A DNA stretch of 52,848 nt from Actinomycetes bacterium (GCA_029263035.1 JAJCYF010000108.1:1-52848); one strand, 5' to 3'; counted from the first letter of the stretch, positions 1-9,867 are shown. A program made the numbers and translations. The notes: generated from the letters alone by a model not told the origin.

Positions 1-1
1 C

Positions 2-322
2 GGCCCCAAGCCCTCCGGCGAGGTGTTTTCGGTGGCTTACGCCGATTACCCGGAGGACATGGCGACCGACCCCAAGGAGCTGCTCGACTCTGCCGTGGAC
101 GGCGCCGCATCGAGCATCGGGGGTTCGGTCACCTCCCGGGAACCGTCCACCTACCAGAACAATGAGTCCATCGACTATGTGATCGACGGCTCCGGGAGCC
201 AGGTTCGGGCCCGGGCAGTCCTGGCCGGTTCCCGCCTCTATGTTCTGCAGGTGGTTCGGCAGGAGGACCCGGTTGAGGCCTCCCGCTTCGAGACCTTCGC
301 CGATAGCCTTCAAATCCTTTAG
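2..322 (+). CDS. C-terminal fragment of a hypothetical protein (open at the window edge)
   Basis: The frame is open from base 2 to TAG 320-322. No family motif recognised in the visible residues. Confidence 0.35.
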   Translation, partial: GPKPSGEVFSVAYADYPEDMATDPKELLDSAVDGAASSIGGSVTSREPSTYQNNESIDYVIDGSGSQVRARAVLAGSRLYVLQVVRQEDPVEASRFETFADSLQIL

Positions 323-605
323 CAACCAGGGGCGCTGGTCCGCCGCTTGCTACCTTTCCGGGGGATGAGCTTCGGCCTGGGAGTGCGACGATCTCAGCGT
401 CCTTACGCGAATGCCGGAGAGTTCCGGTGGGCTACTGCAGTTCATTATCGTCGCCGCGCAAAGCCAATATCCACAAACTGCGCCTGCGACTCGATATGGT
501 GCCCGGCTGCCCTGCTCGCAGGCCCCGCCTCGGGATGGGAGGTACCATCCCCGAAGAACCTTTCACCGCCCGGTTTCGCTCCACCAACTCCCAATGAGGC
601 AGCCG

Positions 606-1352
606 ATGATCGTTAAGAAGACACCGGAACAAATTGAGCTCATGGCCCGCGCCGGCAAGATCCTGGCCGAGGTCATCCGGGAGATGGGGCAAGCCATCAA
701 GCCGGGCGTGTCGCTCAAGGAGCTTGACGAGATGGCCGAGCGCTCAATGCGCCTGAGAGGCACCGTGCCCTCGTTCCTGGGCTACCGGGGGTTTCCGGCA
801 AGCATCTGCGCCTCGCCCAACGAGATGGTGGTCCACGGAATCCCCGACGGCCGCAGGCTCAAGGAAGGCGACATCTTCTCCGCCGACTTCGGATTGATCC
901 TTGAGGGCTGGCATGCCGACAGCGCCTATACCTTCCCGGTCGGTGAGGTGTCGGCCGAGGCCCGCAAGCTCCTGGAGGTCACGCAGGAAGCCCTGGCCGC
1001 CGGGATAGCCTGCTGCAGGCCGGGCAACCGCCTGGGCGATGTCGGAAACGCCATCCAGGGGGTCATCGATCGGGCCGGGATGAGCGTGGTCCGCGAGTTC
1101 GTCGGCCACGGCATCGGCCGTTCCCTGCACGAGGACCCCCAGGTGCCCAACTACGGCAAGGCGGGAAGGGGCCCGGTCATGGAGGAGGGCTGGGTGATGT
1201 GCATCGAGCCGATGGTGAACACCGGCGGCTGGCAGACCAGGCTCCTGGACGACCAGTGGGGCGTGGTTACCGCCGACGGCAGCCTGTCGGCGCACTTCGA
1301 GCACACCGTGGCGGTCACGGCGGACGGCCCCAGAATTCTTACTGCGCTTTAG
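606..1352 (+). CDS. map: Methionine aminopeptidase, type I
   Basis: Internal ATG at 606 (MIVKKTPEQIELMARAGKIL) is preceded by GAGG. MetAP signatures are present (VHGIP, FVGHGIG, CIEPM, HFEHTV). The upstream part of the 411 ORF is Pro/Arg-rich junk. Confidence 0.92.
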   Translation: MIVKKTPEQIELMARAGKILAEVIREMGQAIKPGVSLKELDEMAERSMRLRGTVPSFLGYRGFPASICASPNEMVVHGIPDGRRLKEGDIFSADFGLILEGWHADSAYTFPVGEVSAEARKLLEVTQEALAAGIACCRPGNRLGDVGNAIQGVIDRAGMSVVREFVGHGIGRSLHEDPQVPNYGKAGRGPVMEEGWVMCIEPMVNTGGWQTRLLDDQWGVVTADGSLSAHFEHTVAVTADGPRILTAL

Positions 1353-1744
1353 CCGAGCTTTAGCAGGTCGACGACGAAGATCAGGGTCTCGTTCGGCGCA
1401 ATGGTTCCAACCGCGCGGCTGCCGTAACCCATGTTCGGCGGGATCACGAGCAGGCGCCGGCCGCCCACCTTCATGCCCGACACCCCGTAGTCCCACCCGG
1501 GGATGACCCTGCCGCCGCCCAGCGGGAAACCGAAGGGTTCGCCGCGGTCCCAGGAAGAGTCGAACTGCTCGCCGGTTGAGTAGGAGACGCCGACGTAGTG
1601 GACCGATACCCGCTCCCCGGAGACTGCGGTTGGCCCGTTTCCTTTGACCACGTCGGTGGAGTACAGCTCCCGCGGCGGCGGGCCGGAAACCGGCGGCACC
1701 CTGGGCTTGGTGCTCATGTCGGTGGAGATATCCAAAGGTTCCAT
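1349..1744 (-). CDS. FKBP-type peptidyl-prolyl cis-trans isomerase
   Basis: FKBP core: VSVHYVGVSYSTGEQFDSSWDRGEPFGFPLGGGRVIPGWDYGVSGMKVGGRR..IPP..GYG. Its 3' end overlaps the map stop by 4 nt (convergent). Confidence 0.88.
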   Translation of the reverse strand: MEPLDISTDMSTKPRVPPVSGPPPRELYSTDVVKGNGPTAVSGERVSVHYVGVSYSTGEQFDSSWDRGEPFGFPLGGGRVIPGWDYGVSGMKVGGRRLLVIPPNMGYGSRAVGTIAPNETLIFVVDLLKLG

Positions 1745-1753
1745 GGCGACAGC

Positions 1754-2872
1754 CTACCGGGCGGAGTTCAACAGCGGGTAGGGGTTCACCGATCGTCCCC
1801 CGTTGGGCTTCCACTCGAAGTGCACGTGGCACGGTCCGCCTCTGGCGTTGCCGGTGTTGCCGTTGCTGGCGATCACGTCGCCGGCGGACACCCGCTTGCC
1901 GGGGGCGGATCCGTTGGAGAAACCCCGCAGGTGGGCGTAGTAGAAGACATCGCCGTTGGTGGCCTTCAGGTACAGGCTGATCCCGCCCAGGCCGCCGGAG
2001 GAGGTGCGCTGGATGGTTCCGTCGGTCACGGCGTATACCGGGGCACCGCAGGGAGCCATGACATCGGTCCCCTGGTGGCGCCGCCCGCCCGAGCGCGGTG
2101 CCCCCCAGGTGTTCGCGAAGCCGGAGGGGTTGAGGGGAAGGGTGAACCTGGCGAACCGCCCCGCGGAGGAGACCTGTCCCGCCGGCGCCGCTGCTGCGGA
2201 GGAGGAAGGCGCGGTGACGGCGGTGATCCGGGGAGCGCCTCTTGCCGCCGCCTCCAGCTGGGCCCTGCGCTGGGCGCTCAGCCGCTGGCTTCGCAGAGCC
2301 TCCTCGGCCTCCTTGCGTTTCTGTTCCTCGACCCGCTTGGCTTCGGCGAGCCGGCCCTGGACCGCGTTGCGCTGGGTGCCAAGATTCTCGGCCAGCCGGC
2401 TCTGGCGGGCCTCGGTGGCCTCCAGCTCGGCTGCCACCTGTCTGCTGCGGGTCTGCGCCACCGTCAGCTCCTCCATCAGCTCGGTGTCGTCGCCGCCCAG
2501 CACGCCCATGTAGTGGATGCGCTTGACGAACTCGCCGAAGTCGGAGGAGGTCAAAAGCTGCCCGATCATGGTGGTGGCGCCCCCGGACTTGTACATGTGC
2601 CCGGCCCGGGCCTCAAGGGCGGCCGATCTGGCATCGATGGTCGCCTGGGCCTCCTGCTGCTCCTTGGTGAGCGCGGCCTGTTTGGCTTCGGTCTGCGCCA
2701 GCTGGGTCTCCACCTTGCCGTACTCGGCGGCCAGGCGATCGAGCTCCTTTTGAAGGGAGTCACTGGACGCGCCGAATGCGCTCTGGACGGGCAGCAGGGC
2801 CATCAGCAGCGATATGACCCCCAGCGACACAAGCGGCCGGCGGGGTCTGGATGGGTTAGCAATAGTTCGCAT
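1754..2872 (-). CDS. Secreted coiled-coil M23 metallopeptidase (peptidoglycan endopeptidase-like)
   Basis: N-terminal signal peptide, then a long Ala/Glu/Gln-rich coiled-coil region. C-terminal M23 motifs HQGTD and HVHFE. Confidence 0.85.
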   Translation of the reverse strand: MRTIANPSRPRRPLVSLGVISLLMALLPVQSAFGASSDSLQKELDRLAAEYGKVETQLAQTEAKQAALTKEQQEAQATIDARSAALEARAGHMYKSGGATTMIGQLLTSSDFGEFVKRIHYMGVLGGDDTELMEELTVAQTRSRQVAAELEATEARQSRLAENLGTQRNAVQGRLAEAKRVEEQKRKEAEEALRSQRLSAQRRAQLEAAARGAPRITAVTAPSSSAAAAPAGQVSSAGRFARFTLPLNPSGFANTWGAPRSGGRRHQGTDVMAPCGAPVYAVTDGTIQRTSSGGLGGISLYLKATNGDVFYYAHLRGFSNGSAPGKRVSAGDVIASNGNTGNARGGPCHVHFEWKPNGGRSVNPYPLLNSAR

Positions 2873-3199
2873 CCGTTGTTGAGTGTGCCATTGAGTTGGG
2901 CAAAATGGAACCCGAACCGCAACTTTTTCCCGACCTGGAGGTGGATGGCGCGAGGTCCGTCATACTGGTGGGAGCGAAGTTCGGGGCGATGGCGAAGGGT
3001 GCCGATCGCTGGTATAGTTCTTTGTTCCGGCCCTAGGCTGCGCGCCTTACGCGTGTCCAGCTTGTTGGGCGGAGAAACAAATCCTTCGGCGTTGTCCCAA
3101 GAAGCACGCTTTTAGACCGAGAGCTGGGTCTGCAAGGAGACCGGATCCGCTGAAGTGTGAGCGGGACGGTACCTGGGAAAGCCGGAATTAAGTGAGGAT

Positions 3200-3442
3200 A
3201 TGGCCACTAAGGACAAGTCTGGCAAGGAAGCACCCATAAGGGTTGAGGGAACGGTCGTTGAACCGCTTCCCAACGCTATGTTCCGGGTCGAGATCCCCGG
3301 CGGCCACAAGGTCCTGGCTCATATCGGCGGAAAAATGAGAATGAACTACATCCGGGTGCTGCCTGGAGACAGGGTAGAGGTGGAGATGTCCCCCTATGAC
3401 TTGACCAGGGGCCGCATCGTCTGGCTCTTCCGGAACAGATAG
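3200..3442 (+). CDS. infA: Translation initiation factor IF-1
   Basis: S1-like IF-1 sequence [59 protein letters not shown]. Confidence 0.95.
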   Translation: MATKDKSGKEAPIRVEGTVVEPLPNAMFRVEIPGGHKVLAHIGGKMRMNYIRVLPGDRVEVEMSPYDLTRGRIVWLFRNR

Positions 3443-3454
3443 GACTTTTCGCAA

Positions 3455-3568
3455 ATGAAGGTAAGACCTAGCGTGAAAAAAATGTGTGAGAAGTGCAAGA
3501 TCATCCGCCGCCACGGCCGCGTGAGGGTCATCTGCTCCAACCCGCGCCACAAACAGGTACAGGGCTGA
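3455..3568 (+). CDS. rpmJ: 50S ribosomal protein L36
   Basis: Not in the ORF track (37 aa). Read from the sequence: ATG 3455 gives [37 protein letters not shown], with TGA at 3566-3568. It sits in the canonical position between infA and rpsM. Confidence 0.93.
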   Translation: MKVRPSVKKMCEKCKIIRRHGRVRVICSNPRHKQVQG

Positions 3569-3945
3569 TGGCTCGTATAGCGGGCGTCGACCTCCCCCGG
3601 GACAAGCGGCTGGAAACCGGTCTTACCTACATTTTCGGCGTCGGCCTCACCAGGTCGCAGGCCATTCTCAAGGGCACCATGGTCGATGGTGACAAGCGGG
3701 TCTCCGACCTCACCGATGACGAGATCATGCGCCTTCGCGGCTACATCGAAGGCAATTTCCAGGTCGAGGGTGACCTGCGCCGTGAGGTTGCCCAGAACAT
3801 CAAGCGCAAGGTCGAGATCGGCTGCTACCAGGGGATTCGGCACCGCCGCGGCCTCCCGGTGCACGGTCAGCGAACCCACACCAACGGGCGGACCCGCAAG
3901 GGACCGAAGAAGACCGTGGGTATGAAGCGGAAGAAGGGGAAGTAA
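3568..3945 (+). CDS. rpsM: 30S ribosomal protein S13
   Basis: Internal ATG at 3568 ([14 protein letters not shown]) overlaps the rpmJ stop (TGATG). S13 sequence continues through the C-terminal KKGK tail. Confidence 0.95.
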   Translation: MARIAGVDLPRDKRLETGLTYIFGVGLTRSQAILKGTMVDGDKRVSDLTDDEIMRLRGYIEGNFQVEGDLRREVAQNIKRKVEIGCYQGIRHRRGLPVHGQRTHTNGRTRKGPKKTVGMKRKKGK

Positions 3946-3948
3946 GGC

Positions 3949-4335
3949 GTGGCCAAACCTAAGAAGGCGAAACGCAAGGAAAAAAAGAACGTGCCCCACG
4001 GGCAGGCTCACAACAAGTCTTCCTTCAACAACACAATCGTTTGTATCACCGACCTCGAGGGCAACGCCCTGTCGTGGGCATCTGCGGGCAACGTCGGCTT
4101 CAAGGGCTCCCGCAAGTCCACCCCCTTCGCCGCACAGCTGGCCGCCGAGGCCGCCAGCAAGCGGGCGCAGGACCACGGCGTTCGCAAGGTCGACGTTTTT
4201 GTAAAGGGCCCCGGCTCCGGCCGGGAAACCGCCATCCGTTCACTTCAGGCGTCCGGCCTGGAGATCCTGGGGATCATGGATGCAACTCCGGTCCCCCACA
4301 ACGGATGCCGCCCAGTCAAGCGAAGAAGGGTATAA
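3949..4335 (+). CDS. rpsK: 30S ribosomal protein S11
   Basis: GTG start. Contains [43 protein letters not shown] and a C-terminal PHNGCRP.KRRRV. Confidence 0.95.
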   Translation: MAKPKKAKRKEKKNVPHGQAHNKSSFNNTIVCITDLEGNALSWASAGNVGFKGSRKSTPFAAQLAAEAASKRAQDHGVRKVDVFVKGPGSGRETAIRSLQASGLEILGIMDATPVPHNGCRPVKRRRV

Positions 4336-4338
4336 GGC

Positions 4339-4965
4339 GTGCCAAACCAACCGAATCCCGTCTGCCGGCTGTGCCGCCGGGAGCGCGTGAAGCTTTACCT
4401 CAAAGGCACCCGCTGCGATTCCCCCAAGTGCGCCATCGAACGCCGTCCCTACCCTCCGGGTGACCACGGCCGCGGCCGCATCAAGGAGAGCGAGTACCTG
4501 TTGCAGCTGCGTGAGAAGCAGAAGGCCCGCCGAATCTACGGGGTCCGCGAAAAGCAGTTCCGTCTGTACTACGACAAGGCCACCCGTGCCAAGGGCGTTA
4601 CCGGCGCCAAGCTCCTGCAGCTTCTGGAGCACCGCCTGGACAACGTCGTCTACCGCGGTGGTCTGGCCATGAGCCGTGCCCAGGCACGCCAGCTCGTGAG
4701 CCACGGACACTTCCAGGTCGACGGTAAAAAGGTCGACATTCCCTCTTTCCACGTCAAGCCGGGCTCCAAGGTGGAGGTCAGGCAGCGCTCGCGGGGCGTC
4801 GACCGAATCGTCGAATCCGCCGCATACGCCGCCGGAAGGACCATCCCCAACTGGCTGAACCTCGAAGCCGGTGAGCTTCGAATCACAGTTGTGGCCGAGC
4901 CGGCCCGCGAGATGATCGACGTTCCCGTCCAGGAGCAGATGATCGTCGAGCTCTACTCGAAGTAG
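4339..4965 (+). CDS. rpsD: 30S ribosomal protein S4
   Basis: GTG start. CRLCRRE..KLYLKG.RC zinc-ribbon-like N-terminus and an S4 RNA-binding domain ([37 protein letters not shown]). Confidence 0.95.
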   Translation: MPNQPNPVCRLCRRERVKLYLKGTRCDSPKCAIERRPYPPGDHGRGRIKESEYLLQLREKQKARRIYGVREKQFRLYYDKATRAKGVTGAKLLQLLEHRLDNVVYRGGLAMSRAQARQLVSHGHFQVDGKKVDIPSFHVKPGSKVEVRQRSRGVDRIVESAAYAAGRTIPNWLNLEAGELRITVVAEPAREMIDVPVQEQMIVELYSK

Positions 4966-4988
4966 CCCCAGGAAGGACATATCTCTAC

Positions 4989-5945
4989 ATGGAATCCAAC
5001 ATGCTCGTGGTCCATCGCCCCCAGATCAGCTTCGACACTCAAGAGGACGACAACTTCGCCCGAGTGAGCATCGAGCCCCTGGAGCCAGGCTTTGGGTACA
5101 CGCTCGGCAACTCGCTTCGGCGGACGCTGATCTCCTCCATTCCCGGCGCTGCCGTGACGGCCATCAAGATCCAGGGCGTCCAGCACGAGTTCTCCACGAT
5201 CCCGGGAGTGAAAGAGGACGTCACCGACATCATCCTCAACATCAAGCAGCTCGTGCTGCGTTCCGAGTCGCAGGAGGGGGCCTTCATCCGCCTGAACGTC
5301 GACGGTCCGCAGGATGTCACTGCGGCCGACATCGAGGTTCCCGCCGGTATCGAGATCCTGAATCCCGAGCTGCACATCTGCACCATCAACAAGCGTGCGC
5401 GCCTGGAGATCGAGCTGACCGTTGAGATGGGCCGTGGTTACGTGTCCAGCGAGCGGAACAAGCCCGCAGGCGCCCCCATCGGCCTGATCCCGGTCGACTC
5501 GATCTTCTCGCCGGTACGCCGGGTCACCTACACGGTGGAGCCCACCCGTGTCGAGCAGAAGACCGACTACGACCGCCTCATCGTCGACATCGAGACCAAC
5601 GGCGGCCTGTCCGCCAAGGAAGCGCTGTCGGCCGCCGGGCGGACGCTGGTGGAGCTGTTCACGCTCTTCGCAGAACTGGCCGAAGGGCCGGGCCTGTTGC
5701 TCGGTCCCGAGCCGGGCACCGGAGACGACGGAACCGACCTGACCCTTCCCATCGAGGAGATGGACTTCTCCGTCCGCTCCTACAACTGCCTGAAGCGTGA
5801 AGGCGTCACCAACATCGGTCAGCTGGTGGAAAAGAGCGAGCAGGACCTGCTGGACATCCGCAACTTCGGCCAGAAGTCCATCGACGAGGTCAAGCAGAAG
5901 CTTGCCGAGCTGGGCCTGGGCCTCAAGCAGCGGAGCATCGGGTAA
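4989..5945 (+). CDS. rpoA: DNA-directed RNA polymerase alpha subunit
   Basis: N-terminal domain ([22 protein letters not shown]) plus C-terminal domain ([23 protein letters not shown]). AGGAAGGA lies 11 nt upstream of ATG 4989. ATG 5001 is an alternative start. Confidence 0.94.
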   Translation: MESNMLVVHRPQISFDTQEDDNFARVSIEPLEPGFGYTLGNSLRRTLISSIPGAAVTAIKIQGVQHEFSTIPGVKEDVTDIILNIKQLVLRSESQEGAFIRLNVDGPQDVTAADIEVPAGIEILNPELHICTINKRARLEIELTVEMGRGYVSSERNKPAGAPIGLIPVDSIFSPVRRVTYTVEPTRVEQKTDYDRLIVDIETNGGLSAKEALSAAGRTLVELFTLFAELAEGPGLLLGPEPGTGDDGTDLTLPIEEMDFSVRSYNCLKREGVTNIGQLVEKSEQDLLDIRNFGQKSIDEVKQKLAELGLGLKQRSIG

Positions 5946-6547
5946 TGCCTACGCCAACCAAGGGACCGCGTCTGGCCTCCGGGCCGGCTCACCAGAAGCA
6001 CCTGATCAAGGGCATGATTGCCTCGCTGATCATCGAGGACCGAATCCGCACCACCGAGGCGAAGGCCCGGCTGGTCGCGCCGTACGCCGAGAAGCTGGTC
6101 ACCCTGGGCAAGACGGACACGCTGCACGCCCGCCGCCAGGCACTGAAGTGGATCACCGATGACGACCTCGTCCACAAGCTTTTCGCCGAGGTGGCGCCCA
6201 GGTTCCACGACCGCAACGGCGGGTACACCCGGATCCTGAAGCTCGGCCCCCGCAAGGGTGACGCGGCGCCCATGGCAATTCTCGAGTTCGTGGAAGAGAC
6301 CGCGGCGGCGGCCGCTCCCAAGGAGACAGAGGCGGCACGCAAGCGCCGCCTGGGCCGCCGCAAGACCGAAACCACCGAAGAGGCCGCCAAGCCCAAGGCC
6401 CGATCCCGCAAGGCCAAGGACGAGGACGCGGACGACTCTGCGGCGCCGGCTGAAGCTGAAGAAACCGAAGCCAAGGCGACCCCGGTGGAAGAAGCTCCCG
6501 CCGAGGCCCCGAACGACGACTCTGACGACTCCAAGGAGAACGAGTAG
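5945..6547 (+). CDS. rplQ: 50S ribosomal protein L17 with acidic/Ala-rich C-terminal extension
   Basis: TAATG overlap with the rpoA stop. L17 core (PTKGPRL..GPAHQKH, GGYTRILKLGPRKGDAAPMAILEFV) is followed by a low-complexity tail of about 80 aa. Confidence 0.93.
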   Translation: MPTPTKGPRLASGPAHQKHLIKGMIASLIIEDRIRTTEAKARLVAPYAEKLVTLGKTDTLHARRQALKWITDDDLVHKLFAEVAPRFHDRNGGYTRILKLGPRKGDAAPMAILEFVEETAAAAAPKETEAARKRRLGRRKTETTEEAAKPKARSRKAKDEDADDSAAPAEAEETEAKATPVEEAPAEAPNDDSDDSKENE

Positions 6548-6568
6548 GCCGTTAGGCCTCATCGAGCG

Positions 6569-7315
6569 ATGGCTACCTACCGAATGGTTGTTGCCTACGA
6601 CGGCACGCCGTTCCACGGCTTCGCCAGGCAGCCTGAGGTGGACACGGTCCAGGGAACCGTTGAGGCCGCGATGGCCAAGGTTCTGGGCACCCCGATAGTC
6701 ACCTCTGCCGCCGGCCGTACCGATGCCGGAGTTCACGCCCTGGGACAGGTCATGTCGTTCAACACCGATGTTGAGGTCGATCCGGACAACCTGATGGTCC
6801 GCCTGAACTCCATGTGCGGACCGGCGATCGCAATACTGGCGGCCGGGCGGGCGCCGGCAGGTTTTGACGCCCGGTTCTCCGCGGTCGCCCGGACCTACGA
6901 GTACGGCCTGTTCACCCGGTCGGTTGCCGACCCGTTCGCCCGCCACACCACCTGGCACTTCCCCCATCCTCTGGATCGGGAACTGATGGGTAAGGCGGCG
7001 GCAGCGTTGCTGGGCGAGCACGCCTTCGATTCGTTCGGAAGGGTCGAGGAAGGCAAGAACCCGGTTCGCCGGGTGGAGTCGATTGAAGTCGAGCACGACG
7101 GCGACCTCACCACGATCCGCATCACCGCCAACTCGTTCATCCAGCAGATGGTTCGATCGATAGTTGGAACCCTGGTGCAGGTGGGGACCGGCAAGATTCA
7201 CCCCGATGAGATGGACCGGATTCTGCACGCCCGTAACCGGGCGCAGGCAGGGCCGGTAGCACCGCCGCACGGCCTGTTCCTGGTCTCGGTGGAATACCCA
7301 GAAGAGTTGGTTTAG
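6569..7315 (+). CDS. truA: tRNA pseudouridine(38-40) synthase TruA
   Basis: YDGTPFHGFARQ and the catalytic GRTDAGVHALGQV motif. Conserved position after rplQ. Confidence 0.9.
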   Translation: MATYRMVVAYDGTPFHGFARQPEVDTVQGTVEAAMAKVLGTPIVTSAAGRTDAGVHALGQVMSFNTDVEVDPDNLMVRLNSMCGPAIAILAAGRAPAGFDARFSAVARTYEYGLFTRSVADPFARHTTWHFPHPLDRELMGKAAAALLGEHAFDSFGRVEEGKNPVRRVESIEVEHDGDLTTIRITANSFIQQMVRSIVGTLVQVGTGKIHPDEMDRILHARNRAQAGPVAPPHGLFLVSVEYPEELV

Positions 7316-7330
7316 GCCTGAGACGCTAGG

Positions 7331-7801
7331 ATGAGTGACATGCAAAAGACCCATTCGGTAAAACAATCAGAGATAGAGCGCGCCTGGTGGGTGGTTGACG
7401 CCGAGGGTCTCGTGCTCGGACGCCTGGCCGCCCAGGTAGCCCACGTGCTGCGCGGCAAGCACAAGGCCACCTTCACCCCGCACCTGGACACCGGGGACCA
7501 CGTTGTCATTGTGAACGCAGACAAGGTGAGGCTGACCGGCGACAAGATCAACCAGAAGGTTTGGTACCGCCACTCCGGCTATCCCGGCGGTCTTAGGGAG
7601 CTGAAGTACGACAAGCTCATGGCCCAACGGCCCGCGCTGGTTGTAGAGAAGGCGATCAAGGGCATGCTGCCCAGCAACCGGCTCGGCCGGTCCATGGCCG
7701 GCAAGCTCAACGTTTACGCAGGTGCGGAGCACCCGCACCAGGCCCAGAAGCCGCAACCTCTGGTGCTCAAAAACACCCTGGGTGTAGGAGGTGGCGAGTA
7801 A
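7331..7801 (+). CDS. rplM: 50S ribosomal protein L13
   Basis: [48 protein letters not shown] is a typical L13 sequence. Confidence 0.95.
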   Translation: MSDMQKTHSVKQSEIERAWWVVDAEGLVLGRLAAQVAHVLRGKHKATFTPHLDTGDHVVIVNADKVRLTGDKINQKVWYRHSGYPGGLRELKYDKLMAQRPALVVEKAIKGMLPSNRLGRSMAGKLNVYAGAEHPHQAQKPQPLVLKNTLGVGGGE

Positions 7802-8199
7802 TGGCAACCAAAGAACTGTCCAGAGCAACCGGACGCCGCAAGGAAGCCGTGGCTCGGGTTCGCCTGATCCCCGGCGAGGGCAACTTCGTTATCAACGGAA
7901 GCCGGTCCCTTCCGGACTACTTCCCCAACCTGGCGGTTCGCCGGGTGATCCTGGAGCCGCTTGAGATCCTGGAGCTGACCAAGAACTACGACGTGCTGGC
8001 AACCATCGAGGGCGGCGGCACCGCAGGTCAGGCCGGAGCGCTTCGCCACGGGATCTCCCGGGCACTGGTGGAGTTGGACCCGGAGCTTCGTCCTGCTCTC
8101 AAAAAGGCCGGCTTTTTGACCCGGGACTCCCGGATCATCGAGCGCAAGAAGTACGGTCTGAAGAAGGCCCGCAAGGCGCCGCAGTACTCCAAGCGCTAG
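7801..8199 (+). CDS. rpsI: 30S ribosomal protein S9
   Basis: The start overlaps the rplM stop (TAATG). [15 protein letters not shown]...ING and a C-terminal [12 protein letters not shown]. Confidence 0.95.
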   Translation: MATKELSRATGRRKEAVARVRLIPGEGNFVINGSRSLPDYFPNLAVRRVILEPLEILELTKNYDVLATIEGGGTAGQAGALRHGISRALVELDPELRPALKKAGFLTRDSRIIERKKYGLKKARKAPQYSKR

Positions 8200-8220
8200 G
8201 CATACAGATCCAACGAGAAG

Positions 8221-8244
8221 GGCCGGGGATTCCCCGGCCTTTTT
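8221..8244 (+). terminator. Rho-independent terminator after rplM-rpsI
   Basis: GGCCGGGG (8221-8228), loop ATT, CCCCGGCC (8232-8239), then TTTTT (8240-8244). Begins 22 nt after the rpsI stop. Confidence 0.75.
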
Positions 8245-8268
8245 CGATAGCTCGAAATCCCCTACTAT

Positions 8269-8283
8269 GTGACTACTAGTCAC
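8269..8283. promoter_or_regulatory. Perfect 15-bp palindrome GTGACTACTAGTCAC (operator-like)
   Basis: Arms GTGACTA / TAGTCAC around a central C. Lies 5 nt upstream of the GTG start at 8289, in a locally AT-richer spacer. Confidence 0.3.
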
Positions 8284-8288
8284 GCTTA

Positions 8289-9218
8289 GTGGTGGAGATC
8301 CCCTTGAATCGCTTCGTTCCCAGGTGCCGGCGTGCATTGACGTGTGCCCTGTTGATGGTTCTGCTGATCGCGCAGCCTGCCGGCGGCCGGTTCCAGACGG
8401 GCGGGTTCAACCTCGACGAACTGACTGCGCTGGCCGGTACCGGGCCCGACCCGGGGATCGGAAATCTCCAGACCCGGCTCAAGTGGGCGGTTGAGACCGG
8501 GGTGCCGCCGGAATGGCGGGAGTCGGTACGGGTGGTGTGGACCGTCGGCAACGTGAGCCGCGGCCACCTCGCTCTTTCCTACCTGGACGGCCGCACAATC
8601 CTCTCCCCGCGCCTGATGAACCGGTCGGCGGAGGAGGTAGTTGCCACGGTGGCCCATGAGTTCGGCCACCAGATAGCTTTCGCACTGGTCAGCCCGGTGA
8701 TCGGGATGCCGCCGCAGGGGTTCATGGACATCGCACCCTCCTACAACGACATCCGGGAGGGCTGGGCGGACTGTGTCGCCCGGGTCTGGACCGGCTCGAC
8801 GCTGCGCACGCTGAGCGAGTCCGGCCCCTGCAGCCTGGAGACGGCGGGGTACGTTGCGGGGCTTCTGCACGACCCGGCAACCCTGGGGGCCACCGTGCGG
8901 ATCGACCCTCCGCCGATCTACGTTCCGGCTCCGCCCGCCCCGGCTCCGGTTCCGGTGGCGCTGCCACCCGTCCCGGAGCCCGCCATCATAGTGCCGGAGT
9001 TGATTCCGACGGCTGCGCCAACCCGGATAAGCGCCGCTCCGGCGCAGCCGGCCGAGGCCGCTCCGAGAGGGTCGAACGGCCTGGCGATCGTCCTCGCGCT
9101 GACACCGCTGCCGCTGGCCCTCTCCGCCGCCGTCTACCTGCTGGTCCGCAAACGCAATGAGACGCTGCTCGCCTGGGCGACCGGCGCCGCCCGGCGCAAG
9201 CCCCCCGGATCCACCTAA
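8289..9218 (+). CDS. Exported HExxH (zinc-metalloprotease-like) protein with Pro-rich stalk and C-terminal TM helix
   Basis: N-terminal signal-like segment (RRALTCALLMVLLIAQPAGG). HExxH in VATVAHEFGHQIAF. A PPPIYVPAPPAPAPVPVALPPVPEP linker, then the hydrophobic LAIVLALTPLPLALSAAVYLLV followed by RKR. Confidence 0.55.
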   Translation: MVEIPLNRFVPRCRRALTCALLMVLLIAQPAGGRFQTGGFNLDELTALAGTGPDPGIGNLQTRLKWAVETGVPPEWRESVRVVWTVGNVSRGHLALSYLDGRTILSPRLMNRSAEEVVATVAHEFGHQIAFALVSPVIGMPPQGFMDIAPSYNDIREGWADCVARVWTGSTLRTLSESGPCSLETAGYVAGLLHDPATLGATVRIDPPPIYVPAPPAPAPVPVALPPVPEPAIIVPELIPTAAPTRISAAPAQPAEAAPRGSNGLAIVLALTPLPLALSAAVYLLVRKRNETLLAWATGAARRKPPGST

Positions 9219-9616
9219 GCCGACGGCAAGTCAGGCAACCCCTGGATCGTTAAATCTGCCATGGGAAAGTCGCTCAGGTTGTCGGTGACCAGTACCGCCC
9301 CGTGTGCCCTCGCAGTCCCGGCGACGATGGCGTCTGCGGTGTGTAAGGTCCGGCCCCTTCGCTGCAGGTCGGCCTGATACCTGCCGGCTCGTCGTGCCGC
9401 CTCCCTGGTTGTCTCCAGGTACTCCAGGCGTTCGATCAATTCCCTCGCCCGCTTACGCTCAGGGGGCCGCAATCCTCGTTCCACCTCCGCGATATTGACG
9501 CAGCAGATGCCCAGCCGGTGCCCCTCACCCAACAGATCAAGTAGGAAGCGGCTTACTGCGGAGTCCCCGCGTAGATGTGCGATGAGAACGGTCGTGTCCA
9601 GCAGATACCGGCTCAA
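9215..9616 (-). CDS. vapC: PIN-domain toxin, VapC family
   Basis: MSRYLLDTTVLIAHL (N-terminal acidic PIN residue). ..DAIVAGTARAHGAVLVTDNLSDF matches the C-terminal PIN motif. ATGA overlap with the upstream antitoxin gene. Confidence 0.85.
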   Translation of the reverse strand: MSRYLLDTTVLIAHLRGDSAVSRFLLDLLGEGHRLGICCVNIAEVERGLRPPERKRARELIERLEYLETTREAARRAGRYQADLQRRGRTLHTADAIVAGTARAHGAVLVTDNLSDFPMADLTIQGLPDLPSA

Positions 9617-9867
9617 CCGGCGGTGGATTCAGTTTCCGACCGGCGGGAGGACCGAACCCATTCACGGGTCGACCGGCGATCACCCCACTCGGATCGAGCA
9701 GAGTCGCCAAGCATCCCGGAGGTCCCCTTCAACGACTCCTCCAGAGCCAAGCGCTGGAGCTTCTCGCGAGCGGCGTTTTCGAGGAACCGGCTCCGTCCTC
9801 GCTGGCCCACGAGGGTGTCGATTGCCTGAATGACGTCTTCCGAAAGGACCACATGTGTTCTGGCCAT
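9613..9867 (-). CDS. vapB: Ribbon-helix-helix antitoxin, VapB-like
   Basis: 84 aa, MARTHVVLSEDVIQAIDTLVGQRGRSRFLENAAREKL (RHH/CopG-like). Translationally coupled to vapC. AGGAAG SD lies 8 nt upstream. Confidence 0.7.
   Translation of the reverse strand: MARTHVVLSEDVIQAIDTLVGQRGRSRFLENAAREKLQRLALEESLKGTSGMLGDSARSEWGDRRSTREWVRSSRRSETESTAG

Noticed and set aside
347-616. 89-aa ORF and the 5' extension of the map ORF in the 283-bp spacer upstream of map
   Set aside because: Arg/Pro/Ala-rich translation and no SD. The map N-terminus aligns from ATG 606. The spacer contains a 7-bp hairpin (532-551), but I could not tie it to any known RNA family.
2873-3199. Possible c-di-AMP (ydaO-type) riboswitch in the 327-bp leader of the M23 peptidase gene (reverse strand)
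   Set aside because: Cell-wall hydrolase genes in Actinomycetota often carry this riboswitch. The reverse strand contains ...CCGAAGGAUU... and ...AGCUGGACACGCGUAAGGCG..., reminiscent of its 3' half. I could not find the full pseudo-two-fold set of conserved segments at the right spacing. It needs an Rfam covariance-model scan and is not claimed.
6300-6547. Low-complexity acidic/Ala-rich tail of about 80 aa on ribosomal protein L17
   Set aside because: Extended L17 C-termini are common in Actinomycetota. It is not evidence of fusion or frameshift.
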